Assembly (NCBI GenBank): GCA_903822495.1
Contig: CAIJPD010000022.1
Span: 10,069-74,068 of the forward strand
Direction: 5' to 3'
DNA from: an uncultured Chloroflexota bacterium
Lineage (GTDB): Bacteria > Chloroflexota > Limnocylindria > Limnocylindrales > CSP1-4
Length of the DNA stretch: 64,000 nucleotides
The notes under the pieces are model-generated. The model worked only from the letters and a program-made list of their open reading frames with translations. It had not been told where the DNA came from and searched no databases. The translations under genes were made by a program, and so were the position numbers. This document shows, piece by piece, positions 31,110 through 39,621 of the stretch. Position 1 is the stretch's first letter. The number at the start of each line of letters is the position of its first letter.

Positions 31110-31988
31110 CTAGAGGTGGCGGTGGCCGTCGTGCGTGGCGGCGCCCCGAACCGGTCCGTGTCCGCCGTTGCCGCCCTCGGCCGACGGCTGCGCCGCGTCG
31201 TGCTCGGCCTGGACCAGCGGACGGTACTCGCGGAGGATGCGGACCACCTCGTCGGGGTCGTCGGTGACGCTCAGCAGATCCATATCGCCCGGCGAGATGG
31301 CGTTGGCGGGCAGCATGGTGGCGCGCATCCAGTCCACGAGGCCCTGCCAGTAGGCCGTGCCGACGAGGATCACCGGGAAGTGGTGGATCTTGCCGGTCTG
31401 GATCAGGGTCAGCGCCTCGCTCAGCTCGTCCAGTGTCCCAAAGCCGCCCGGCATGATCACGAAGCCGTCCGCGTACTTGACGAACATGACCTTGCGGGCG
31501 AAGAAGTAGCGAAACTCCACGCCCAGGTCGACGTACGGGTTGATGGCCTGCTCGCGCGGCAGCTCGATGTTGCAGCCGATCGACAGCCCGCCGGCCTCGT
31601 GGCAGCCCCGGTTGGCCGCCTCCATCACCCCGCCGCCGCCGCCCGTCATGACGGCGTAGCCCTCCTCCGCCAGCCGCGCGCCAATCTGGCGAGCCAGCTC
31701 ATACGTCGGATGACCCTCCGGGGTCCGGGCGGACCCGAAGACGGTGATGGTGGGGCCGATGCCCGCCAACGCATCAAAGCCCTCGATGAACTCGGAGAGG
31801 ATCCGCAACACGCGCCACGGGTCCGTGTGCGTGAAATCCTCGTCGAGGGCACGCGCCAGGAAGCGCTGATCCTCCGTCCTGGACTTGCCGACCCTGGCCT
31901 CGGCCCGGGGACGAATCGTGAGGCGCCCGGCGCGCCGCCTGCCGTTGGATGCGGCCTCGTGCGGCGGCCGCGACCCCTGATCGCTCAT
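31110..31988 (-). CDS. LOG-family (TIGR00730) nucleotide phosphoribohydrolase
   Basis: It carries GGGGGVMEAANRG and PGGFGTLDEL motifs. Confidence 0.85.
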   Translation of the reverse strand: MSDQGSRPPHEAASNGRRRAGRLTIRPRAEARVGKSRTEDQRFLARALDEDFTHTDPWRVLRILSEFIEGFDALAGIGPTITVFGSARTPEGHPTYELARQIGARLAEEGYAVMTGGGGGVMEAANRGCHEAGGLSIGCNIELPREQAINPYVDLGVEFRYFFARKVMFVKYADGFVIMPGGFGTLDELSEALTLIQTGKIHHFPVILVGTAYWQGLVDWMRATMLPANAISPGDMDLLSVTDDPDEVVRILREYRPLVQAEHDAAQPSAEGGNGGHGPVRGAATHDGHRHL

Positions 31989-32011
31989 TTGCGTAGCATG
32001 CCAGCCTGGAG

Positions 32012-32206
32012 GTGCATATGACGAGAACTCGCGGCATCATCGCGGTCCTGCTCCTGATCGTCGGGCTCGTCTGGATCGGCCAGGGACTGGGAATCATCCG
32101 CGGCCAGAGCTTCATGGTCGACGACATCCGTTGGGCGTGGCTCGGGGGCGCCATGGCCCTCCTGGGCCTGGGGCTGGCCGTGCAGGCCCGCCGGCCGCGG
32201 CGATGA
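32012..32206 (+). CDS. Small 2-TM membrane protein, unknown function
   Basis: The 64-aa product has two hydrophobic helices. Its stop overlaps the next start (ATGA). Confidence 0.4.
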   Translation: MHMTRTRGIIAVLLLIVGLVWIGQGLGIIRGQSFMVDDIRWAWLGGAMALLGLGLAVQARRPRR

Positions 32207-32847
32207 CCTGGGACGACCAGGGCACGCTCCAGCCGCGCACCGTGCGGGCCAGCGTCCCGCGCGACGGGATTCCGGGGCCACGCGACCTGCGCCTCACGCG
32301 CGGCCGGCTGACGGTCGTGCTGGCGGTCGCCGCGTGGCCGCTGGCCCAGATCGCCCACGTCCGCTATGGCATCGACGACCACCTGGTGTTCGCCGGGCTG
32401 TGGGCCGCCGCGGTGCTGCTCCAGCGGCCAGACCGGCGATTCGCCTGGGATTGGCTGGCGACGGCGGCCCTCGTCATCTACCTGCTGTCGTTCGCGCTGC
32501 CGGCCGGGATCGCGGGCGACGAGCTGCCCGGGGCGCCGGGCCGGCTGCTCGGCTTCGAAGTGCTCCTGGAGCCTCCGGTCAGCCCGTTGCGCCACCTGCC
32601 GGAGGGCGAGCTGGTCGCCCTGGTGGTCGGCATGTGTGCGTGGGTGGCCAACCCGGCCTTCGTCGTCGCGCTGGCACTCTTCCGGCATCGCGAGGCCACC
32701 GTCGCCATGGTCGTCGCCGCGGCGGCCGTCATGATGGGCCTCTTCGAGGTGCCGGCCGCCGACCTGGCGATCGGCCACCTCGCGTGGCTGGGGTCCGCGG
32801 CCATCCTGGCGGTCGCCGCCGCCTGGTCACGGACGGAGTTCCACTGA
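32203..32847 (+). CDS. Polytopic membrane protein, unknown function
   Basis: The profile is hydrophobic. It shares an ATGA overlap with the upstream small ORF. Confidence 0.5.
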   Translation: MTWDDQGTLQPRTVRASVPRDGIPGPRDLRLTRGRLTVVLAVAAWPLAQIAHVRYGIDDHLVFAGLWAAAVLLQRPDRRFAWDWLATAALVIYLLSFALPAGIAGDELPGAPGRLLGFEVLLEPPVSPLRHLPEGELVALVVGMCAWVANPAFVVALALFRHREATVAMVVAAAAVMMGLFEVPAADLAIGHLAWLGSAAILAVAAAWSRTEFH

Positions 32848-32901
32848 GATCCGCAACCGTCTTCAGGGACCCTTCAGGGACTGTCCCGAAGATGCGCAAC
32901 C

Positions 32902-33240
32902 ATGGATGACCGACGACCCGCCACCGCAGCCAAGGCGCCAGCCAAGGCCACGGCCAAGGCCCCCGACCCCCGAGAGTTGGCCGCCCGGCGGAAGCGCCAG
33001 GCGGTCGCCGGCAGCCTGCTGGCCTTCGGGGCGACCGTCGCCCTGGTCCTGAGCCACCCCGTCGCCTCGAACGCTTCGACAGGGACCGCCAGCAGTGTCC
33101 CCACTGTGACGTCCGGAAACCATTCGGCCCAGGGGCCTGCCAACAACTCGCGGCCCGTCAGCCCCCAGGGCGCCGCCTCGGCGCCACAGGTGCGTTCCGG
33201 CAGTGGCCGGCGCGGCGCCGTAGGCAGCGGTGGTTCCTGA
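32902..33240 (+). CDS. Small membrane-anchored Ser/Thr/Gly-rich protein, unknown function
   Basis: It has one TM segment (AVAGSLLAFGATVALVL) and a low-complexity tail. It overlaps the apbE start by 11 nt. Coding status is uncertain. Confidence 0.4.
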   Translation: MDDRRPATAAKAPAKATAKAPDPRELAARRKRQAVAGSLLAFGATVALVLSHPVASNASTGTASSVPTVTSGNHSAQGPANNSRPVSPQGAASAPQVRSGSGRRGAVGSGGS

Positions 33241-34201
33241 GCTGCCCGCGGCGGCCGACCGGGAGACACCGGTCGGGCTGAGCCGACATACCTTCCGGGC
33301 GATGGGCACCCAGATCACGCTCCTGGCGCCCGAGGCAGATGCAGCGGTCGCCGGTCGTGAGGTGGAGGCGCTCTTCGCCGAGTGGGAACGGGTCCTCTCC
33401 CGCTTCCAGCCCACCAGCGAGTTGTCACGGCTGAACCTCGCCAGCAGCGGCGCACGGGCCCGTCGGGAAGTCCTCGTGGGGGACTTGGTCCTGGCGGTCA
33501 CGCGCGCGGCGCTCGCGGCGGCAGAGGCCACCGATGGCCTCTTCGATCCAACCCTGCTCCACTCGCTGGTCGCCGAGGGATATGACCAATCCTTTGAGCT
33601 GATGCCGGCAAGCCGGTCATCGACGGGCCCGTCCGCGGAGCCAGGCCGTGGCCACTGGCGCGACGTCCGTGTCGACCTCCTCCTGCGCAGCGTCTCGCTC
33701 CCACCGGGCGTTGGCCTCGACTTTGGCGGGATCGCCAAGGGGATGGCGGTCGACGCGGCGGTCGATCGCCTGCGCGCCGCGGGGATCACCCCGGTCGTCG
33801 TCGAGGCCGGCGGAGACCTCGCCGTGCACGGAACCCCGGTCGACGGGACATGGCCAATCGACGTGGAGACCGGGGCCACCATCACCGGCGTGGAGCTGGA
33901 CCGTGGAGCCATGGCCACGTCGTCCATCGCAAAGCGCCGCTGGATGGTGAATGGCGAGCTCCGTCACCACCTCCTGGACCCGCGGACGGGGCGAGCGGCT
34001 GTGACTGACCTGCTCTCCGCCACCGTTGCCGCCAACACGTGCCGTGAAGCCGAGGTCGCGGCCAAGTGCGCGCTGATCCTGGGCGAGGCCGCCGGCGGAA
34101 GCTTCCTGGACAGCCTCGGCCTGGCCGGCCTCCTGGTTGCGCAGGATGGCCGGATCGTGCCGATCGGCGGTTGGGTCCTCGCCGGCGGGGCTGCCGCATG
34201 A
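33230..34201 (+). CDS. apbE: FAD:protein FMN transferase (ApbE family)
   Basis: ApbE blocks are present: FRAMGT.., SELSRLN, GLFDPT, DFGGIAKG, GGD, SSIAKRRW..HHLLDPRTG. Confidence 0.85.
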   Translation: MVPELPAAADRETPVGLSRHTFRAMGTQITLLAPEADAAVAGREVEALFAEWERVLSRFQPTSELSRLNLASSGARARREVLVGDLVLAVTRAALAAAEATDGLFDPTLLHSLVAEGYDQSFELMPASRSSTGPSAEPGRGHWRDVRVDLLLRSVSLPPGVGLDFGGIAKGMAVDAAVDRLRAAGITPVVVEAGGDLAVHGTPVDGTWPIDVETGATITGVELDRGAMATSSIAKRRWMVNGELRHHLLDPRTGRAAVTDLLSATVAANTCREAEVAAKCALILGEAAGGSFLDSLGLAGLLVAQDGRIVPIGGWVLAGGAAA

Positions 34202-34229
34202 CGGCTGGGCCCCACGCGGTGATCGCCGG

Positions 34230-35366
34230 ATGACCACCGACAACCTCACCTGGGTCGCGGCCCGCGCCAGCGGGCTGCTCGGCTACCTGCTGGTCACCGC
34301 GTCGGTGGCCCTGGGCCTCGCGCTCAGCCTCAAGGTCCGCACCCCCACCTGGCCGCGCTATGTGACCACCGAGGTCCACCGCCGCGTCACGCTCATCGCC
34401 CTGGTGTTCACGCTGCTCCACGGGATCACCCTCTGGCTGGACCCGTACCAGGCCTTCGTCCCGGGCGAGCTGCTCGTGCCCCTGGCCAGCCACTACCGGC
34501 CACTCTGGGTGGCGCTCGGCATCATCGCCGGCGACCTGGCGCTTGCGCTCTACCTGAGTGACCGCCTGCGCACGCGGGGCGCGTATCCCTTGTGGCGACG
34601 CCTCCACTCCCTGACCTTCGTCGCGTGGATCCTGGTCACGCTGCACGGGCTGGGCAGCGGCGCCGACAGCCGGACGCCGTGGGCGATCGAGATGTACGGG
34701 GTCGGCACCCTGCTGGTGGTGGGATTGATCGTGATCCGCCTCTGGCCATTCGATGGGATCCGCAAGCCAACCGTGATGGCGCTCCTCGCCCTCGGCCTCT
34801 GGCTCGGCGGCATCTGGACCGTGACGGGGCCGCTCCAGGCCGGCTGGACCACCATCGCCAACAACGGCTTTGGATCGGGTCAGGCCGCGGTCGCACTCGA
34901 CCCGACAACGGCCGCGGCGGAACGGGACGGCAACGAGGCCCAGGGTGGTGGGCCCGCGACGAATCTCGCAGGCGACGCAGGGCCCCAGCCCGGCCTGCCC
35001 GCCCCCGTCGGCAGCGGTGCCATCACGAACTCATTCCGGGCGACGTTCGTTGGCCGCATCAGCCAGGTCCAGCAGGCCGATGGCACGTGGCTCGCCACCA
35101 TCGTCGGCAACCTGAGCGGGACCGTGAATGGCCAGATGTCGCTGCAGGGCCCCCAGACGGCGACAGGCGCCCTGCAGTCCGCCAGCCTCCGCCTGATCGT
35201 CAACGACGTCGGCTGCGACGGGACCATGCGCACCGGTGAGCGCGGTCGCCTCTCGGCCACCTGCACCACGGCCGCTGGACAACGCCTCTCGCTCCAGATC
35301 CAACTCCAGTCGTCCGCGGATGGGACGGTCAGCGGCGCCGTGGCCACGACCCGCGGGGACGACTAG
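34230..35366 (+). CDS. Ferric-reductase-like (MsrQ/FRD-type, di-heme) membrane protein with a ~190-aa uncharacterised C-terminal domain
   Basis: His pairs sit in TM helices (HRRVTLIALVFTLLH; HSLTFVAWILVTLH). The C-terminal soluble region has no motif I recognise. Confidence 0.65.
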   Translation: MTTDNLTWVAARASGLLGYLLVTASVALGLALSLKVRTPTWPRYVTTEVHRRVTLIALVFTLLHGITLWLDPYQAFVPGELLVPLASHYRPLWVALGIIAGDLALALYLSDRLRTRGAYPLWRRLHSLTFVAWILVTLHGLGSGADSRTPWAIEMYGVGTLLVVGLIVIRLWPFDGIRKPTVMALLALGLWLGGIWTVTGPLQAGWTTIANNGFGSGQAAVALDPTTAAAERDGNEAQGGGPATNLAGDAGPQPGLPAPVGSGAITNSFRATFVGRISQVQQADGTWLATIVGNLSGTVNGQMSLQGPQTATGALQSASLRLIVNDVGCDGTMRTGERGRLSATCTTAAGQRLSLQIQLQSSADGTVSGAVATTRGDD

Positions 35367-35373
35367 GGCGGGC

Positions 35374-35751
35374 TCAGGCCAACGGCTTGGTGAGCGTCTT
35401 CCAGGCCGCTTCGTCCCGGCCCGCCGCAAACCCATTGCCGACGCGCACCAGCGGCAGGCGCAGCAGCCGCTGATCGGCGAGGAGCTTCTCCGCCAGCTCG
35501 GCGTCCGTCATCCGCAGGAACCCCAGCCCCAGCTCGCGCCAGAGCTTGCCCTCGGTGTCGGCGATCGCCGCGGCCCCCAGCCGCTCCACGAACCGGCGGA
35601 GCTCCCCGGCGGCCATGGGCTTGCGCTTCAGGTCCACGAAGTGGATGACCATGCGACGCTCCTTGAAGAACCGGAGCGCGGCGCGCGTGGTCTGCGAATC
35701 CTCCAGGCCAAAGACCTGGACCTGGGGGGCCGACGGGGGCTGGGCTGGCAT
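35374..35751 (-). CDS. ArsC/Spx/MgsR-family protein lacking the N-terminal redox cysteine
   Basis: The family pattern VFGLEDSQTTRAALRFF..R..FV..L is present, but the usual C(xx)C position reads DSQT. Confidence 0.7.
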   Translation of the reverse strand: MPAQPPSAPQVQVFGLEDSQTTRAALRFFKERRMVIHFVDLKRKPMAAGELRRFVERLGAAAIADTEGKLWRELGLGFLRMTDAELAEKLLADQRLLRLPLVRVGNGFAAGRDEAAWKTLTKPLA

Positions 35752-35814
35752 GTTCCGAATCGTAGCGGTGATGGCCTCGCCGGGCTACCATCTGGGAACA
35801 GGAGGGCACCCCAA

Positions 35815-36057
35815 GTGACGGTCTGGTTCACGCTCCAGCTGGATGACAAGCCCGGCTCCCTCGCGCGCGTCTCGGCGGCCCTGGCGGACAAGGGCGTCAA
35901 CATCACCGGGATCGTCGGCGTGGCCGAAGACACCGATGGCGCCCTGATGCTCACCACGTCGGACCCGGCGCTCACGCGCGAGGCCTTCGCCCAGCTGGGC
36001 CTCCCCTATGAGCAGCACGTGGGCGGGGCCGACCCCGGCCTGTCCGGCGCCGGCTGA
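35815..36057 (+). CDS. Small ACT-domain protein
   Basis: The sequence VWFTLQLDDKPGSLARVSAALADKGVNITGIVG is ACT-like. A GTG follows GGAGGG. The listed longer ORF (start 35236) overlaps the opposite-strand gene. Confidence 0.6.
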   Translation: MTVWFTLQLDDKPGSLARVSAALADKGVNITGIVGVAEDTDGALMLTTSDPALTREAFAQLGLPYEQHVGGADPGLSGAG

Positions 36058-36106
36058 CCGGCCACAGCCCCACCGCCAGCCCGCGCCCCCAAGCCCGACA
36101 CCCAGC

Positions 36107-36811
36107 ATGGCTCGACGCCCCTCGATCCCGCCCACGGTCGCCGTGCGCCTGATGGTCACGGACGCCCCGGCGTCGGTCCCCCAGCTGCTGACCCGCATCG
36201 CCGCCGCCGATGGCACGGTGCGGACCATGAGCACCACCCGTCGGCTCCCGGCCGGCACGGCGGAGAGCCCGGCGCCCACCGAGACGCTGGTCGAGATCGA
36301 GGTCGAGGTGGAGGGTCTGAGCGAGGCCGGGCTGACGGCCGCCGTGTCGGATGCGCCCATGGTCCGGTCGGTCTATGTGACCCGGTCGCTGGACAAGATC
36401 TTCGGGAAGCGCGTCATCGTCGTCGGCGGCGGCGCCCAGGTGGCCCAGGTCGCCCTGGGTGCCGTCAGCGAGGCGGATCGCCACAACCTGCGCGGCGAGC
36501 GGATCTCGGTGGACACCATCGCGCTGGTGGGCGAGGAGAACATCGCCGCGGCCGTTCGCGCGGTGGCGGACCTGCCGCGGGCCCGGATGCTGGTCCTGTG
36601 CGGCTCGATCATGGGCGGAGACATCTCCAACGCCGCCCGGGAGCTCCGTGCCCAGGGGATCCCGATCATCGCGCTGAACATGGCCGGCTCCATCACCGAG
36701 GCCGTGGACCTCGTGGTCTCGGACCCGGTGCAGGCGGGGACCATGGCGGTCATGGCGATCGCCGACACGGCGACGTTTGACCTCGCGCGGCAGCGCGGCC
36801 GGCGGTACTAG
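36107..36811 (+). CDS. Uncharacterised protein with an ACT-like N-terminal half and a Rossmann-like C-terminal half
   Basis: The pattern is VAVRLMVTD...EIEVEVEG then GKRVIVVGGGAQVAQVA...MLVLCGSIMGG. My recollection of an ACT-associated DUF is tentative. Confidence 0.55.
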   Translation: MARRPSIPPTVAVRLMVTDAPASVPQLLTRIAAADGTVRTMSTTRRLPAGTAESPAPTETLVEIEVEVEGLSEAGLTAAVSDAPMVRSVYVTRSLDKIFGKRVIVVGGGAQVAQVALGAVSEADRHNLRGERISVDTIALVGEENIAAAVRAVADLPRARMLVLCGSIMGGDISNAARELRAQGIPIIALNMAGSITEAVDLVVSDPVQAGTMAVMAIADTATFDLARQRGRRY

Positions 36812-36829
36812 GCAGGCCGGCCCACCACC

Positions 36830-37735
36830 GTGCGCATCGCGACCTGGAACGTCAACTCGCTGAAGGCCCGCCTCGAACGCGTCGAGGGATGGCTGGAGCG
36901 CGCCCGACCGGACGTCCTGCTCCTGCAGGAGACCAAGCTGTCGGACGCGGACGCGCCGGTGATGCCGTTCGCCATGGCGGGCTACCAGCTGGTCCACCAC
37001 GGCGAAGGACGCTGGAACGGCGTCGCCATCGCCGTGCGGAACGGCCTGGCCGTCTCGGACGTGGAGACCAACTTTGGCGATGGGCCCGTGCGCGACAGCG
37101 GGGCGGGCGCAACGCTGTCGCAGGCCGATGAGGACTTCAACCCGTTCGACGAGGCGCGCGTTGTGGCCGCCACGGTGGAGGGGGTGCGGGTCGTCTCGAT
37201 CTACGCACCCAACGGACGGCTGGTGGGCTCGCCGTTCTTCGCGGGCAAGCTGGCCTGGTTTGAGCGGCTGTCGGGCTGGCTGGCGGCCCAGCCGGACCCC
37301 GCGGCGCCGCTGGTGATCGGCGGCGACTACAACATCGCCCCGTCGGACGCGGACGTATGGGACCCTCGGGCGATGCACGGCGGCACCCACGTCTCGCCCG
37401 AGGAGCGAGCAGCCTTCCGGCGACTCCTGGAGGCCGGCCTCGTCGACGCCTACCGGGCGCTCCGCTCGGAGCCCGCGCGGTACACGTGGTGGGACTACCG
37501 GGCCGGCAACTTCCAGAGGAACTTCGGGATGCGGATCGACCACCTGCTCGTGACGCCCGCGGTGGCCGGGCGGCTGGTCTGGGCGGAGATCGACCGCGAG
37601 ACGCGCAAGGGCAAGCCCACGCCCTCGGACCACACGCCGCTGGTCATCGACCTCGACGAGCCGGGCCTCCCCTTCGACGCGGGCTGGTCCTCCGCGGAGG
37701 CGCGCATCGCGGCAAGGACGGCGGGGCGGGACTAG
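36830..37735 (+). CDS. xthA: Exodeoxyribonuclease III
   Basis: It carries IATWNVNSL..LLLQETK, GGDYNIAP and SDHTPLVIDL. Confidence 0.9.
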   Translation: MRIATWNVNSLKARLERVEGWLERARPDVLLLQETKLSDADAPVMPFAMAGYQLVHHGEGRWNGVAIAVRNGLAVSDVETNFGDGPVRDSGAGATLSQADEDFNPFDEARVVAATVEGVRVVSIYAPNGRLVGSPFFAGKLAWFERLSGWLAAQPDPAAPLVIGGDYNIAPSDADVWDPRAMHGGTHVSPEERAAFRRLLEAGLVDAYRALRSEPARYTWWDYRAGNFQRNFGMRIDHLLVTPAVAGRLVWAEIDRETRKGKPTPSDHTPLVIDLDEPGLPFDAGWSSAEARIAARTAGRD

Positions 37736-37801
37736 GGTCGGGTCCCGCCGACTGGCCAGTTGGGGAGGGACGCCGCGCGGCATGGTCGGCGCCCATCAAA
37801 A

Positions 37802-37833
37802 GAGCCACCGGCGCCTTACGGCACCGGTGGCTC
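37802..37833 (-). terminator. Rho-independent terminator of the flp gene
   Basis: A 10-bp stem GAGCCACCGG/CCGGTGGCTC has 3 additional inner pairs and a tetraloop. It is followed on the minus strand by CUUUUG. Confidence 0.6.
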
Positions 37834-37852
37834 ACAGTTGACCGGGTGTTGG

Positions 37853-38023
37853 CTAGACGGACTTACCGACCGTGTTCAGGATTCCCGAGACCTGGCCGCC
37901 CAGGAACAGGAGCGCGACGATCGCGACGATGGCGATGAGGGCAAGGATCAGGGCGTACTCAGCGAGACCCTGGCCCTCCTCCTCGTGACGGAAGGAAGCG
38001 ATAAGAGCAGAAAACATCGACAT
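37853..38023 (-). CDS. flp: Flp/Fap-family type IVb pilin (56 aa; absent from the supplied ORF track)
   Basis: My own translation is MSMFSALIASFRHEEEGQGLAEYALILALIAIVAIVALLFLGGQVSGILNTVGKSV. It has the G/xxxxEY processing motif and a hydrophobic helix. A strong AGGAGG lies 10 nt upstream. Confidence 0.8.
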   Translation of the reverse strand: MSMFSALIASFRHEEEGQGLAEYALILALIAIVAIVALLFLGGQVSGILNTVGKSV

Positions 38024-38074
38024 TGACTTTGGTACCTCCTTTCCTCAGCACTCCCCCGGCTTATCGGGGCAAGA

Positions 38075-38113
38075 CGAACAGTAGAGAACTCCCCCGAACC
38101 GAACAGTAGCGAG
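38075..38113 (-). promoter_or_regulatory. Direct repeat CTACTGTTCG x2 (25-bp spacing) upstream of flp; candidate regulator-binding or promoter region
   Basis: CGAACAGTAG occurs at 38075-38084 and 38100-38109 (+ strand). A CCCCG..CGGGG hairpin at 38053-38069 lies in the putative 5'UTR. Confidence 0.3.
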
Positions 38114-38196
38114 ATAGTCATAGGACCCACCCGCGGTCGGGGACCAGGGCTGCGGCGGACCAGCCGATCACCGTCCGGCGGACCAGCCGATCGCCG

Positions 38197-38982
38197 TCAG
38201 CCCGCCGGCTTCGGCTTCGACCGCTCCGTCAGGATGATCGGCCCGTCCGCCGTGACCGCGATCGTGTGCTCCACGTGGACCCCGCGGGTGTGATCGGCGG
38301 AACGGATCGTCCAGCCGTCGGGGTCAAACTCGATCTCCCCGCTGCCCGCCAGGAACCACGGCTCGATCGCGATCACCATCCCGGCCCGGAGGACGGGGCC
38401 TCGCCCCGCCTTCCCCCAGTTCGGGACGTCCGGCATCTCGTGCATGGTCCGGCCCACGCCGTGCCCGCCGAAGCTGGTGTTGACCGGATAGCCGGCGGCG
38501 TTGATCAGCTCCCCGATCGCCGCGGAGATGTCGCCGATCCGGTTCCCGGGCACGGCGGCCGCGATGCCGGCGGCCAGCGCCCGCTCCCCGACCCGGAGCA
38601 TGCCCACGTCTTCCGGTCGGCCCTTCCCGGCGAAGCAGGTGATGGCGGAGTCTGCCACCCAGCCATCCACCTCGGCGGCAAAGTCCAGGCTCACGTTGTC
38701 GCCATCGCGCAACCGGTAGTCGTACGGCAGTCCGTGCAGGACCGCGTCGTTGACGGAGGTGCACAGGACCTTGCCGAACGGCATCGCGCCGAAGGTGGGG
38801 TGGTAGTCGATGTAGCAGGAGGTGGCGCCGCGGGCGCGGATCATGTCGTGCGCAACCCGGTCCAGCTCCAGGAGATTGACACCGGTCCGGACATGGGTGG
38901 CCAGCTCGGTCAGGACGTCGGCGACAAACCGCCCGGCCGCCCGCATCTCGTCGATCTCCGTTGCGCTCCGCAGCTCGATCAC
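38197..38982 (-). CDS. map: Type I methionyl aminopeptidase
   Basis: The blocks SATEIDEMRAAG.., CTSVNDAVLHG, DGWVADSA, GHGVG, IEP, HVEHT are present. A GTG at 38982 follows GAGGAGG. The listed start at 39054 adds an Arg/Pro-rich extension. Confidence 0.9.
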   Translation of the reverse strand: MIELRSATEIDEMRAAGRFVADVLTELATHVRTGVNLLELDRVAHDMIRARGATSCYIDYHPTFGAMPFGKVLCTSVNDAVLHGLPYDYRLRDGDNVSLDFAAEVDGWVADSAITCFAGKGRPEDVGMLRVGERALAAGIAAAVPGNRIGDISAAIGELINAAGYPVNTSFGGHGVGRTMHEMPDVPNWGKAGRGPVLRAGMVIAIEPWFLAGSGEIEFDPDGWTIRSADHTRGVHVEHTIAVTADGPIILTERSKPKPAG

Positions 38983-39099
38983 GCGGCGCGGCCTCCTCGT
39001 CGGCGTCCTGGTCGAGGCATCCGGAGCCCGAAGGGGACCCGGTTCGACAACCACGCCATCGTACGGGCGATCGTCATCGGAATCTGGCCGCGCCGTCGC

Positions 39100-39621
39100 T
39101 CAGCCCTCGGCCAGGATTCCTTCCTGCAGCTCGCGGATCAGCATGCCCAGCCGACCACCGCCCTCGGGCGCGGGCGGGAGCCGCCGAAGCGCGTCCCGGA
39201 CCTCCGGCGAGGCCGCGTCCAGCTGCCACGTGCGCTCGCCGGCGCTGGCCTCGTGGTTGGCGGGGGCGAGCAGGGCAACGGCGTACGCGGCGTAGGCGGC
39301 GGCACCCCAGGCGTGGGCACCCATCTGCGCCGTGCCGGCGGCCTGGCCCGCGGAGCGCGCCGCGGCCACCGCGCTGGGGTCGGTGACGTCCCCTGCGGCC
39401 GCGTAGGCTGCCGCGGACGCGGCCCGGACCTGCCCGATCTTCAACTCGCCACGGGCAAACGCACGCAGCCCATGGATGGCCAGCCGTGGGCGATGATCGT
39501 CCGGCGCCACCGCTTCGAAGAGCGCCAGGGTGCGTTCGGCGCAATCGGCCGCCCACGCCGCCAGGATCCGCCGGTCGTCCTCGGAGAGCGTCAGGCGGCC
39601 GGGGGAACCCGGGTCCGGCAT
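39100..39621 (-). CDS. Imm5-like putative immunity protein family member (the family is often mislabelled 'exonuclease SbcC')
   Basis: The pattern reads DDRRILAAWAADCAERTLALFEAVAPDDHRPRLAIHGLRAFARGE. Its ATG overlaps the stop of the upstream nuclease gene (TGATG). The family call is from memory. Confidence 0.55.
   Translation of the reverse strand: MPDPGSPGRLTLSEDDRRILAAWAADCAERTLALFEAVAPDDHRPRLAIHGLRAFARGELKIGQVRAASAAAYAAAGDVTDPSAVAAARSAGQAAGTAQMGAHAWGAAAYAAYAVALLAPANHEASAGERTWQLDAASPEVRDALRRLPPAPEGGGRLGMLIRELQEGILAEG

Noticed and set aside
35236-35814. Upstream 193 codons of the listed ORF 35236-36057.
   Set aside because: This part is antisense to the well-supported ArsC-family gene and is Arg/Pro-rich. 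ACT-domain similarity starts only at the GTG at 35815, which has a GGAGGG SD.
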